DNA of 64,000 nucleotides, from NCBI GenBank assembly GCA_020137815.1, contig CM035351.1, forward strand, positions 3,224,001 through 3,288,000. The letters are read 5' to 3'. Source of the stretch: Hormiphora californensis. Taxonomy: Eukaryota > Animalia > Ctenophora. A program made the translations under genes and the position numbers. The notes under the pieces are model-generated. The model searched no databases, was not told where the DNA came from, and was given only the letters and a program-made list of their open reading frames with translations. Position 1 is the stretch's first letter. Every line of letters starts with the position of its first letter. Positions 11,850 through 54,417 of the stretch are shown here, piece by piece.

Positions 11850-13590
11850 CCTGCTAACCCACCTCTGAATCCCTTCTAGCTCAACTCTGGAACCGCCTTT
11901 GAACCCCCTCTGATAGTTTTTTTAATAACAAAATAATCTCTCAGATTCTGTTCCGGAAATCGAATTACTGGGCCAAGATACTATTACTGGGCCAACGTAC
12001 TATGAGCTAAACACCTGAGTAGGGGAACCGTTCACAGCCGCTTCTCATCGCCAGCAGATCTTTATTGATGGATTCACAGACCCTGGTAAGTGGTTCTAGT
12101 CTAGAAGTGGGTTAGCATGGATCCACCTCTGGACCCCTACTAAGCAACTTGTGGACCCCTTTTAACCCACCTCTGAGTCCTTTTACCTTAGCAGTCAGCT
12201 CCCTACTAACTCCCTCTGAAACCTCTCTATTATATCTCACCTCTGGACTCTAACCCACCTTTGAACCCCCTTCTAACCCAACTCTGAACCCCTCCTAAAT
12301 CAACTCTTAACCCCTTTTAACCACCTCTCGACCCCTACTAATTACTACCCCACTCCTCAAACCCTTCTAACCCACCCTTCAACCCCTTCTAACAAATCTC
12401 TCAGCTCAATAATAACCCACCTCCGGACCCCTTCTAACTTACCTCTCGACCCCTTCTAACCCACCCCTAGTCACCTTCTAACCCACCTCTGGAACTCTAG
12501 TAACTCACCTCTCGACCTCTTCTGACTTCTAACCCACCTCTTGACCCCTTACCTATCTCTCGTACCACTTCTAACCCACCTAACAGACCCCTTCTAACCC
12601 AACCGTCAGATGCCTTCTAACTCACCTCTCAATCCCTTTTAGCCCACCTCTCGACCCCTAATAAGTACTAACCCTCCCCTCGACATATTCTAACCCACCT
12701 CTTGACCCCTTTTAAACCACCCCTAAACCCCTTCTAACTCACCTCTTAACCCCTTCTAACCCACCCCTAGACGGACCCCTTCTAACTCACCTCTAGACCC
12801 CTTCTAACTCACCTCTCATTCCTTTTTAGCCCACCTCTCGACCCCTACTAACTTACCTCTCGACCCCTGTTAAACCACCCGTTGTATTGAACACTTTTAT
12901 CCCAACTCTAGTCCCATTCTGACCCACCTCTGTAACCCCCTAGTAACTCACATCTGGCCCCTTCTTACCCCCTTTTGACCCCTTCTATGTTCTAACCCAC
13001 CTCTCGTACCCCTTCTTTCCCACCTCCCGACCTCTACTAAACCATCCCTCGGCCCTTTCTAACCCCTTCTTTCCACCTCCCGACCTCTATTAAACCATCC
13101 CTCGACCCTTTCTAACCCACCTACCGATAGATGGGTTAGAAGGGGTCGGACCTTCTAATCCATCTCCCGTACCCCTTTTAACCCACCTCTCGACCCCTAC
13201 TAACCCACGGCCACCCTTGGTCTCTTCTAACCCACCTCTGAACCTTATCTGATTTCTAACCCACCTTTTGACCCCGTCTAAGTCACCCTACTAAGTATAT
13301 ACCCTTCCCTCGACCCCTTCTAACCCACCTCTCGACCCCTTAATTCTAACTCATCTTTCAACCCACCTATCGACGCCTTTTTACCCACCTCTCGAGCCCT
13401 ATTAAGTACTTACCCTTCCCTCGACCCCTTCTAAACCACCTTTTGACCCCTTCTAACTCATCTTTCAACCCCTTTTAACCCACCTCTAAACCCCTTTTAA
13501 TCCACCTCTCGACTCCTAGTAACTCACCTCTTAACCCCTTCTAACCCACCCCTAGACGGACCCCTTCTAACTCACCTCTAGACCCAACTT
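11850..13590. repeat. Degenerate ~22 bp C-rich minisatellite (consensus approx. CTAACCCACCTCTCGACCCCTT)
   Basis: Dozens of diverged tandem units containing CTAACCC, with a local inversion forming a hairpin at ~13103-13148. Confidence 0.85.
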
Positions 13591-14698
13591 GAAACCCTCA
13601 GACGCTACAAAATAACCCCCAGAGCATAGGCTTATGGTTAGTGGTTGGGCTTTCTTAACAGTACCTATTTCTTTAGATAGTGGAAGGACCCTAAACGCGG
13701 AGATATGGGGCTGGTGGAGAAACAACTCTTCGAATTCAGATTACAGCACGTAGCAGCTTGTGGTACACATTTCTGCGATGTACAACAGATTTGCCTCACC
13801 TAAACTTGGGTTGCCTATATAGACTCAATCACTGATTCCAGGGTAATTTGCCCCAAAATATCAGAGGAAGTGGCTCATGTTATTTATGAAACTTATTGAA
13901 GTTTTTAATATGTTACTAATTATGATTTCATGTTTCTTAATTTTGCCGGTTACCAAACATTAACCAAACCGTTAAACGGTTACCGTTTTATTTTGTGTGT
14001 CACTCTCTGGTACACTTTTGAACTGTGTGGAATCATAACTGTCGCGCGCGGTACTCTTATGATGGTGCTAGCGATGCTAAAGTAAGCAGTGTCAGCAATT
14101 CTAAAGTAAGCAGTGTCAGCATTGGCCGCGGTATTCGCCCCAGGCCCCTTATATTATATTATAAGGGGCCTGCAACGTATGCCAAACAAAAAAGTTAAAA
14201 TTTTCAAATCTTTTTTTACCTCGCAATTCAACGCGAATGCGCGCGCGAGTCGATTTTCAACTGCGCGCCTCTATGTTGCAGCGAAAATTGGCATTTTGAG
14301 ATTTTAGGACGTAACGCGCCGATCAGATCAAGTAAAACTCAGCTTCCTACCTCCCAACTTCCGTTTTTAAACCTTCCTTCGTCGCCCTCTGGCGAAAAAG
14401 CTACTTAACTCTATCCTTAGAGGTCTGAACGAACTCGAGTGTATGTTTTTCAAATGATAAAAGGCGTTTATTTCCAAAAACAGGTACTCAAACAACCGTA
14501 CGTACCCGCTGAGCTCAGATAGCAAGCAGAAAGGTTTGGCTGCCGGCTAGGCTGCACTGCCGGCTGTATTGATCAAAATTGCCGTTTATACCTGGTAATA
14601 TCGATCGGCGATCCAGTTCAAGTTCAATCAAAACCGGTGTAGAAACTCAAACATTTAAATAGGAAACTATTAAGAAACAATTAAACGTGTCTCTGGGG

Positions 14699-17600
14699 TT
14701 ATCCAGAATTCTGATAGAGCGTTGACCAACTTCCCAGTTTTCTCTCATAGATATGGCGTTGTATTGCTGCAACGGTCTTCTCACAGAAAGCTCCTCTTTG
14801 GCAGATCCCTAAAACGAAAACGGTAATTTGGATGACAGGTTTAGATAATCGTATGTAATGGCGTGCAAAAATATTTTCCTACCAATTCCAAGGCTCCGTT
14901 GGGCGTGTGAGATAAACTGTGTCAACATTTCAGAGTTTTCCACCGCGAGGGGAGAGAAGGAGGGGACGAGCTCCAATTCTTTCAACCCAGCCAAGTACTT
15001 CCGCAGCGTGGCCCTCAACCGTCCGTATGTCACTTTACAGAGCTTGCCATCTTCCCTCAAACGCTCCAGGTACCCTCCTAAAATTGATATCATTGACCGT
15101 AGGATTGGATAATCTACAATCTATATTTAGATATTTGTTGTACTTCTACTAGTTTCGTTTTGACAAGGAACTGGTACCTGCACTATTTTGTAGTTTTTGG
15201 AAATCCTGTACCGCAAGTACCACTGCTTCAGATATAACACCATCTATCTCACAGTACCGAGAAAGGAAGTTGAGGTGCCGGAGGAGAAGCTGAATTTCTG
15301 CAAGGAACCTTCTGACTGAATCCTCTGTTTTTGGGTAATAACCAAACTTCAGGGCGATTCTAAAATGTACAATGTCTTAGCGCTTATCTAGAGTACTTAA
15401 TAATAGTAGTATATAAAATAGCTTTACGACGTAAACACTTAGCAGTACATACAATTATCAAATATCACCTGCTCAATGCAGACTTGGGAAGGGAAGTGAG
15501 GGTCCCAGCGGCTACTTTCTGGAGCATTTCCCTCGCTTCATTCTCATCCCATATACCGATTCTCGATAAGGATACAACCAACTCCATAAGTGGTCGGACC
15601 AAGTCAAGGTCGCCCTGCTCCAGATAAAGCCTAAAAGCGGGGTGGAAATTAAAGTGAGAGTGGACCGAATCAGAATTGGACAAGTTTGTTGTAGGTAGTA
15701 GAGATTAGCTTTCTGAGCATTTTGCGTTTTTACCGCTCAAAATCGACCCACCCATCACTGAGATATTTTTGTTATGTTGGGAGAACTCCTGTTTAATCAG
15801 TATGTATAAAACAGAATAGAAACAATCATGGCGTTTTACTAACACATTCTGAATATAAGCAGTGAGGTTGACATGTCCATGCACAGAAGCAGGGCAATGC
15901 AAGCCACCATATCAAAAATTTAATGAATTTACTATGGACTACCTAAGAGGATATTGAGGTATCTTCAGAAGACCCTGAATTCTTGTGTGCGTTTCATTTT
16001 CAATCTAAAGGGACATCAGGATGACTACACAGAATACTACAAGGAGGCACACATTCTACCTATTGAGCAGAGGCTGACTTTCAAGGCATGTCTTTTGGCG
16101 TACAAGATTGTACGAGGCACTGCACCCAAGTATCTGATGGACCTGGTCCCTCGTGATGACAATCCTGAACCTGTAAAACCTACCCGATCTACCTCAGTTC
16201 CAGATTTCTTCAGGTTGAAATATCCAAAGCTCTCAAGTGTAAATGCGAATTCTAAGTTAAGAAGGAGGAGGATCTCTGTATTCCTGCCGGAAGTGTGGAA
16301 CTCCCTGCCATTGGAGTTAAGGTCTGTTCACCCTGTTGAACTCTTCAAGACAAGGCTTAAGACCCGGCTATTTAAGGAAGCTTTCGTTGATCCAGAGAGC
16401 AGTAGCACCTGAGTCATCTCGTCTTTGGGTCACTGGTTCTGTTCTGGTCTGGGTTTAGTGTTCCCCTTAGGCAGACGTTTATTTAGACAGTGTTATTCCT
16501 CATTACATTTACCGGGCTTGCAGTAATAGCTGCTGACTTTTTAATAGCTTTGAGAGCTGCTGTCTTTGAGTAGCATGAGAGCTGCTGACTTTGTAATTTA
16601 GCTTATTCAGTGTGAGAGCATTTTTATGCCTATCTAAGTTGGTTCGTATTTTATGAGGCCCGTTTTTTCATCAATAAAAGTCTATCTATGGTGTGTTTAA
16701 ATCCAGATTTTAATAGTGTGTGTCATAAGTAAGGAAGGTGTTATTATTTAGGTATACCGCTCTGACGCTGAGCAGTGTCAGTCAAAATTCAGTTTGCTGG
16801 CCCTGTTTTGCCTGGGCGGTATACAAAAACTTATATTATTATTATTATTATTAATGTGTTAGTAAAACACAAGGATTGTTTCTATCCTGTTTGATAAATA
16901 CTGATCCAGCAGAAATTCTCCCAACATAACAAAAATATCTCAGTGATGGATGGGTCGATTTTGAGCGGCAAAAACGCAAAATGCTCAGAAAGCTAATCTC
17001 TACTACCTACAACAACCTTTTCCAATTCTGATCCGGTCCACTCTCACTTTAAATGCAACGTAATCAAAGGATTGGTACTATTATATATGGTTATAATAAA
17101 TGACAACACTTACCATTGACATGTCTGTCTGCTCTCACACCGTGCTTAATTCGCCGAATGGACGGACTGCATGACAACACCTACCACGGATAGTTGTTGT
17201 CCGCTGCAGCTGGTGTTTCCTCTTCTACATCAGCATGGAGTAAGGCTATTGCAGAGTCCTTTAATTGTGCAAGATATGACCTAATCGGTGTGCCACTGGT
17301 GTTACCCGCTTCCTCGCCCTCTGCCGCTAAGTGATTATCAGGCAGGGCAAGACATACTGATTTGGTCCCCTCTTCCCCTACCACCACCATCTCCATCACC
17401 CCGTCACTCATCATTTCTTCAAAGTATTCGACCTGGCAAAGAAATGATACCACTTATAAAATAGCGGAGGAGAGTCTTTGTTAACTTTTACATGATCACT
17501 CATCAGTGACAAAATTGCGTAATCACCTTTCATCAGGCCTTTTATGACTTATATCGTCACTTTTTTGTGCTATTGTGTGACTTTACGTTTACCTATTTTA

Positions 17601-18117
17601 ATTTCTACCTAAATGAGCGGATTGTGATGCTACCTGGATATTGCTGATATCAGATCCGAATTTGATCAAACCGCCGTACACTTTGTCTGAAGAGTTCCCT
17701 GTTTCCACTAGTGCTCCCTTGAAAAACTTGTGCTTCTGAAAGAATACGTAAAAGAATAAGTAAAATGTACAGTGACACATCGGTCGTATGATCTCCGTGT
17801 GGTCCACACAATGAAATTGGGTATGATATCCCCTCATTTCTCTCCCTCGCTGCGCTATCCTCTCTCATGATATCGCACACACTACGCTTAGTTAAGCGAG
17901 AGGGGACAGCGTACCCCAAACGATGAAATACCTTGGTAATATTGTCTGCGTTGATGTATAACCTGTACCCGGTCAATGTCATATCTCCGAGATAGAGAAA
18001 TATGTTCTCAGTCGGGATCTCTTCCCGGTACTTCTTCTTGTCAAACACAAAGTACTGTTTGTCACCATTGTAATCAACTTCTTTCAAACTCTGCAAAACT
18101 TTATGTTTACGATCCAT
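14699..18117 (-). CDS. STB2/STB6-like protein with two C-terminal peptidoglycan-binding-like (PGBD) repeats, 394 aa from MDRKH; may be the C-terminal half of the VPS9 gene
   Basis: Exons 18117-17932, 17735-17634, 17432-17185, 15630-15469, 15359-15178, 15077-14883, 14808-14699 total 1185 nt in frame, all GT-AG. N-terminal YFVFDK...LTGYRLYI...ETGNSSDKVYGGL and C-terminal QLLRHLNFL...DGVISEAVVLAVQDFQ...DGKLCKVT...ISHAQRSLGI...GAFCEKTVAAI. The gene model is solid; the family call is by motif recall. Confidence 0.65.
15653..17048. mobile_element. TTAA-flanked (Kolobok-like) MITE with ~200 bp TIRs, interrupted by a LINE
   Basis: ttaa|agtgagagtggaccg...ctaacacatt (15649-15849) is mirrored at 16853-17052 (aatgtgttag...ctctcact|ttaa). 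Confidence 0.8.
15925..16852 (+). mobile_element. 5'-truncated non-LTR retrotransposon (CR1/L2-group LINE): ORF2 C-terminus, 3'UTR and (ATT)n tail
   Basis: ORF 15954-16412 has the L2/CR1-type tail LQ..LNSCVRFIF...HILPIEQRL.FK.CLLAYKIVRGTAPKYL...WNSLPLELR...FKTRLKT. The element ends in (att)n at ~16833-16852. Confidence 0.85.
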
Positions 18118-18255
18118 TTTAATGATAACCACGTAATTGGTAATGTCCAGGACAATCTCACTGATCACAGTTTCGTAAGATTGCTGCTTATAACGTGTGC
18201 ATATAATTGTCACCTAACATTTCCGGGGGTCATCATCATTGTGTCCCTGATATAA

Positions 18256-19974
18256 TTATCCATGACAACGTACCTGTATGTACACACAGGCACCTTCCAG
18301 GCATGTCACGTAGTACCCGATCTCACAGTACCGTAGTTCAGGGTTCAGATATCCTTTTAGGAAGTTCACAAGGGTCGCTAGGTTGGGGATGTTAGCTCGA
18401 ATAATACAAAACACCCAGATGGGTAGAAAGGCATCAGCGCCCATAGCCCCGCCGTTAGCAGATTGAGTGGTCAGATATCGGTGAATATCCTCCGCTGCAA
18501 AACATATGGCCCGCATGATTTTGGTAGGGGTTGTCGAGAGAACGAGTGACTTGAGCCTTGAGATGATACTGATAAATGGTAGGGGTGAGTCACTGATAAA
18601 CTCTTCCGGTATTCCGATCTGGGCCTGGGTGTAGCCACGGAGCCTCCGACACTTGTCCCACGTCTCCCTGTCTTCCTCCTCCTTGGTAACGGTATCCAGG
18701 GCTTCCCGGTAAATCCGGGGCACTATCTTCTGTTCCAGGGCGGCAAAAACAGTCCGCTGGTCCACTGGGACATTAGCAAACTTTAATTTGTCATAGATAT
18801 ACTGGGTCATCGCCTTTACGTACTCCTGATATCGGGAGGGGTTTGCTCCCGGAATACTCTCTGAGTACGCGTCTGCCATGTTGTTTTCGAAGACTAGGAT
18901 GCTCTGCCACTGCTCGTGGTCAGGGTCCTGCTGCCGGGCTGCACACTCCACACACTCTCTGATATACTCCTCAATCTTCCTCCGTTCGAAACTCCGTGGA
19001 TCGCTGAGGATCCTGTCAAGGAGGTCCCTTTGGGAGTTATCCTCCCGGAGGATCTGAGAGAGTTGCCGGTGGATGTTGTCAATATCAGACTTCATTAGCA
19101 CCAGTTCACTCCGCTGCTGGAGCTTCTCACTGATACTTTTCAGCCGCACAATGTCCGTCCACTCTGCCAAGGAGGTGGATGCGGTGAGATCCTGGTACTG
19201 ATCCAGGTTGTGGACGGCTAGAAACTTCCGTTTTGTGGCAACTTTCCTAGTTCGAGCTCGCAACATTTTATCCTGGATGTCAAATACAATGCTTGAGTGT
19301 GTCATCCAATCGTTAAAAGTTCTCAGTCGTAGGTAGGAGGGTGTGACGGAGTTCTTTTCTAGCTGCACCAACTTCTCCAGCATGCCGCTGAGAAAAGCAA
19401 ACTTTATCGAGAGATACCGAGTCCTCAGGTTTAGAATCTCAAGAGTCAGCTGACAGTTGGTAGCAAGGTAATTGGACATACTGGTTGGGAGGCATGTCTC
19501 AAGGAGGGGTGCCGAGTCCAGTGCCTCTCTCTGTTCAGTCAACTTTCTAATTTCATCCAATGCCCCCGAGGAAAGTTCCTCGATCTCATCAATTGTCTCA
19601 CCCACGGAAGGCCCAATTTCATCCAGACTCCCCTCCTCAGAGTTGAGTGATTCATAAAAAGGCGTATCGGCCATCAGCTCAATGGGGTCTCCAATCTTCA
19701 TTGCTTCAAATAGACATATCGCTGTTCTTTTGCCACTGTCAGCACTTCCCTTAGAGGGGAGAGTGTTGCTTCGAACAAATCCCGTTGGTTTGGTTTCCTC
19801 AGCAGGAGCCGGAGGAAGGGAAACAGGTTGCCGGGGTAGACTAGCGAACCCACTGATAGGACCAGTGTTATCAAATGTGCCATAAGGGCCGGTTGGTGCC
19901 TCTCCTGATTGGATGTTGAGGGAGGGGGTGCTGGCTGAGACAGGGTTTGTCAGGCTATACACAAGCTTCTTCAT
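18256..19974 (-). CDS. VPS9-domain protein (Rab5-family GEF); large single exon, both ends uncertain
   Basis: C-terminal VPS9 signature TPTKIMRAI...MGADAFLPIWVFCIIRANIPNL...EIGYYVTCLEGACVYI, preceded by a helical region. First ATG at 19974. A strong donor CAG|gtacgt at 18274/18273 may bypass the stop at 18256. Confidence 0.85.
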   Translation of the reverse strand: MKKLVYSLTNPVSASTPSLNIQSGEAPTGPYGTFDNTGPISGFASLPRQPVSLPPAPAEETKPTGFVRSNTLPSKGSADSGKRTAICLFEAMKIGDPIELMADTPFYESLNSEEGSLDEIGPSVGETIDEIEELSSGALDEIRKLTEQREALDSAPLLETCLPTSMSNYLATNCQLTLEILNLRTRYLSIKFAFLSGMLEKLVQLEKNSVTPSYLRLRTFNDWMTHSSIVFDIQDKMLRARTRKVATKRKFLAVHNLDQYQDLTASTSLAEWTDIVRLKSISEKLQQRSELVLMKSDIDNIHRQLSQILREDNSQRDLLDRILSDPRSFERRKIEEYIRECVECAARQQDPDHEQWQSILVFENNMADAYSESIPGANPSRYQEYVKAMTQYIYDKLKFANVPVDQRTVFAALEQKIVPRIYREALDTVTKEEEDRETWDKCRRLRGYTQAQIGIPEEFISDSPLPFISIISRLKSLVLSTTPTKIMRAICFAAEDIHRYLTTQSANGGAMGADAFLPIWVFCIIRANIPNLATLVNFLKGYLNPELRYCEIGYYVTCLEGACVYIQVRCHG

Positions 19975-21932
19975 ATCGTACAAACAAGAAAAGTATCATG
20001 TTACAAGCCACAGTGAGCTGATAAAATGTCTAATTTTAGTACTCGGGAGTGAAATGAGTACAGACCGAGCCACAATCTGCTACCACCTCACGATTATGTC
20101 ACTACTTGGTCAGTCTCGAAATCTGAAACAAGGTAGTCTCTTAGGTTGACTCCGCTGTCAGAAGTCTCTCTTTCTCACCTCCTCTCCCGTCAAATTCATT
20201 CCGACAGGCTTAATCCTTTTAGGGACAGATTGGGATTGCCTGTCACAATTTAAAGTATTATATTGCCCTTCCCCTAGAAACGAAATTTTATTCTCACTAT
20301 TCAGTGAACACTATTTACACTAAATAACTGCAGCTCTCCCTGTACTATGCACGGGTTGTTTTGTTCAACCCCTTTCTATTTTATTTCTTTCGTGTGTGGG
20401 GCGCGTGAAAGACAGTCTAGCTAGGCAATGCACGGGAACCCTGTCCCAGCAAAGGTCTGGGAGTGGTAGCAAGACGGTTCTTAGCAAATTCTGTAATTTC
20501 TAGCGCAAAAACGAAGACTCCAATATGAAGGAAATAGAGGAAATTGTTAATTTGACCTCAATATGTTGACTATTACTCCATTGAAGTACGTCTTAATGGT
20601 GAGAAACTTACTTTAATCTCTACCCATTTTCAGCTAGATGATCTTCTGAACTGTAATTTCGACAAATTCTAATGCTTCTGATCTCCTTCCCCACGCTAGA
20701 TTTCTCTCATTTCATTGAACGATCAGAAATAGGTGTGCTCTAGACACTGAATTGTTTAAATTAGTTAATTAGTTCAGAAGCTGTTATATATTGGTCCCCA
20801 AAATATTTATTGTTTTGGAGTCACTTGATCCCTCTGATTGTTTCGCCGAGATTATGAACTATAGCTGAATATTCAATAAACTGTGTGGTTGATAGTCGTA
20901 AAATATTTCCCATATATGGAATATAATTTTGGTGCAATCATTGTCTCGCTGAGTGGTTGAACAATAGTATGTTATATCTGAAGGCGACACCTCAGTGGGC
21001 GACATATTCAGAGTGTTGTGATTATTACCTTATTATACGCTCTACTCTCTATACGTTCAGTATATAACAGCACTAGGTTGGGTACCTGGCACCTGTAAAC
21101 TAGGTGTAAATAAACGATGTTCGCTAGACGATAATATTCATGAATTCATTTTGATAGTCTAATACTAATGCTAATATTTTAATCTTCCTCTCAAGCTAGT
21201 ATTATTGCTCAAGGTCTAAAGTCTAAGTGTTTTGAAAAGAGAAAAATTTAATAACTTAAAATCTCATCGTGTGACAGCTTATTCAGAGAGAAAGAGAGAT
21301 TAATTTGAGGCCGAGGACTGTGTTTTAGGTTTTATAAGTTCGCAGAATCTAGTCTTTTAATCCAATCCCATTGTCCCAGCTAGTTGAGAGCACATACAAC
21401 TTTCACAAACGTAAACATTTCATCTCGCCTTGTGTTACCACTCGTGCCTTCTAATCTCAAAGCTAACAACTATTTATACTTTGTTAAAGTGTGAAATGAC
21501 TGAATCGATATCCAAGTTGATAAGGCGTGCAACTGCGCCAGTTCTCTATCGCTGCAGTCCCATTTTGCGAAGTTCGGAAAATGACGATCTTAAAAGGTAA
21601 CTTTTCCGATTTGTAATCTGTCACGTGGTTTGTCACATGGTCTGAATTTTAAGTACGTGACTACTGATGTATACCTGAAATCGTTGACCGCAAGGCCAAC
21701 TTCGACTTCCGGGAATCATCGCGTCTGTAGTAGCTCAATGCATGTATATTTGGAGTCCGAGTAATGGGCTAGATTTAGCAGGTGGAGGGATCGCGATTTC
21801 TCTCCGGGCGACCACACAAACTCGGTTGCCATGGAAATGTTCACTACCGTCCACCTGTATTGGCTACTTCCATATTAGAAGTTAGCAAATATAAATATCT
21901 TGGTTTAGTACCTGCAATACTGCACTCCTGAT

Positions 21933-52295
<30,363 letters not shown>

Positions 52296-52841
52296 ATTGA
52301 GCTGTAAACACAGTGCCAGTGGAGACAGTTGGTGTGAACTGTGTGAAATTCAAATGTATTGTGTGAGATTGCCTGTGTTTCTGATTGTGAGTGTGATTGA
52401 GTGTGAGCGTAAGTGTGAGTGAGTGTGAGTGAGTGTGTGTGTGTGTGTGTGTGAGTGTGTGAGTGTGTGAGTGAGTGTGAGTGAGTGTGAGTGTGAGTGT
52501 GACCCCGGCCCAAAGAGTGCAATATGCCCTGAATATTAGACGCGGAAGAGGAGAAAATTAGAGCATATATTGATGAACTTTATCAAGTGTTTGCTCGTAT
52601 TACGTATAGTGTTCACACTGGTGAGTGGTTCTTGAATATTTTACGCATTGCAGCTGAATCGGTCCATTGCAATTGTTAATCAAGGTCTAGTAGAATAATG
52701 GTGTGTGGTGTAAATTAGTTGTGTCCTGCAATACAACTCAACAATGTGTGTAAGGGCTGTGTGCTTGCTCGGCTATATTAGAGCTCTTCTGCGGGCCTTG
52801 ATGGCCGTGATTGTTTCCCTGGGCGTTTCCTACAACTAGGA

Positions 52842-53047
52842 TAGCGACTGGCTATTTGAAATGGCGGCTAATTTGAAACACCCCCGCTACAGGCCAGCAG
52901 GTGCACCAGATTTTAGACATCAGTGAGCTTGGCTTGAGTTCTGACTAGCCCACTGATGTCTAAAAATCAAAATCTGGTGCACCTGCTGGCCTGTAGCGGG
53001 GGTGTTTCACTTTCAAATTAGCCGTCATTTCAAATAGCCAGTCGCTA
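52842..53047. mobile_element. ~205 bp palindromic MITE
   Basis: tagcgactggctatttgaaatg...gacatcagtg is mirrored as cactgatgtc...caaatagccagtcgcta. Confidence 0.8.
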
Positions 53048-53963
53048 CCCCATAGAACTACCAGAGTGACACAGATAGCTAAAAAGTGAAACTGAAAGTT
53101 ATGTCGTGACACTGACATCAAGAATTGCGATTTTGGCACCTGTCGGATTCGTTCGATTGGTCGAGCACACTGCTCCGATCAGATCTTTTTGTTTATTATG
53201 CTATTTCAATCAATGATAACATATTGCTACAAAACGTTTAAATTTTTATTTATTTACGGTCATGTGAATGTGATCGAAGTTCAACTTCCGCTTCTGCAGT
53301 ATCAGCCTGTACTTGTTGAAACTGAATCTTGAAGTTGAACTGTGACAACGGATGTTATTATTTTGTTGTATCTAGAAGAGTTATATTCAATTCCATTTAT
53401 ATTCATAGTTTATATTTGTATTAATAAAAGGTCCGAATGGAATGTAGGAAGAATCTGTCCGTTTGTTAATTAAATGGGTAACGCACGCCCTACCGTTCGG
53501 CGCTTAGTTATCTTTACTGCGCTGCCGTGAAGAGGCGCGCATTCAATAACTGGCTGAGCTGCGATTCGATTGCGATCGAAGAATTTGGGCGCCGTTTTTT
53601 TTACGATCTGGGTGTTTGGAGGCCTGTTTACAGGTGCGCGCTGCCAAAAAAGTTGATTCACTAAAATGGCTCTAACCGCCAAACCACTCAACCGTTTTGG
53701 CTGATTCAAAGTTTATCTGGTAGGGAATGTCAAGGCCTAACCCCAACCCAAACCCCAACCCTAACCCTAACCCTACTTTAGCCCTAACCCTAAAAAACCG
53801 TTTGTCAGCACTCCCAAAACACCCGCTGGCCGATGAATTTTCGTGGAAAATCTTTCACGGTTCATCATTCATATATATTTACTTTACTTCAAACAGCAAT
53901 CCGACAATACCGGGTTCCATGATTGATACGAGGGTACTCTCGACACTTCGGTGTTGTAACTTG

Positions 53964-54086
53964 TAAAGTGCGTTTCAAACGACTTGACCTGAGATTCCTG
54001 GAAATTCAGGATTTCCCCTTTATAAATACACGCGCAATGCACCAAATTCCAAGAATTACGGGTCAAGTCGCTTGAAACGGACTTTA
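53964..54086. mobile_element. Second (inverted) copy of the 31351 MITE
   Basis: Reverse-complement match to 31351-31473. Confidence 0.75.
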
Positions 54087-54417
54087 CCACCGCAGTCCGC
54101 AGTTGATCGTATTGTGCGACGTAACATTTAGTGACACTAAATTATGTAGTGTTAAACACCGTATGACTGTTCAGAAACACACTCAAGCTCGTCAGCTCGA
54201 TCCGGGTTGGCCCGGAGTCCTACACCACACTCCACAGGGCACAGATGAAGCATCCGGACTTCACACGTGCTAGGCGTTTAATTTGTCCAGGTTTCATCTA
54301 GTAAATATTTCTATTTTCAGCTTAGTTTTTGTAAATGTAACGAGCGGAATGACCTAAGCCGAAATTTCAAACTAAATCCTTCACCAATTAATTTTCTACT
54401 TGGTCACTGAAAGGAGT

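Noticed and set aside
14699-15359. PGBD-like region as bacterial contamination or a recent bacterial transfer
   Set aside because: It is split by canonical spliceosomal introns, embedded among animal genes, and part of a larger eukaryote-type protein.
20080-20240. Possible upstream coding exon of the VPS9 gene
   Set aside because: All three minus-strand frames contain stops between the plausible splice sites; the 5' end is left unresolved.
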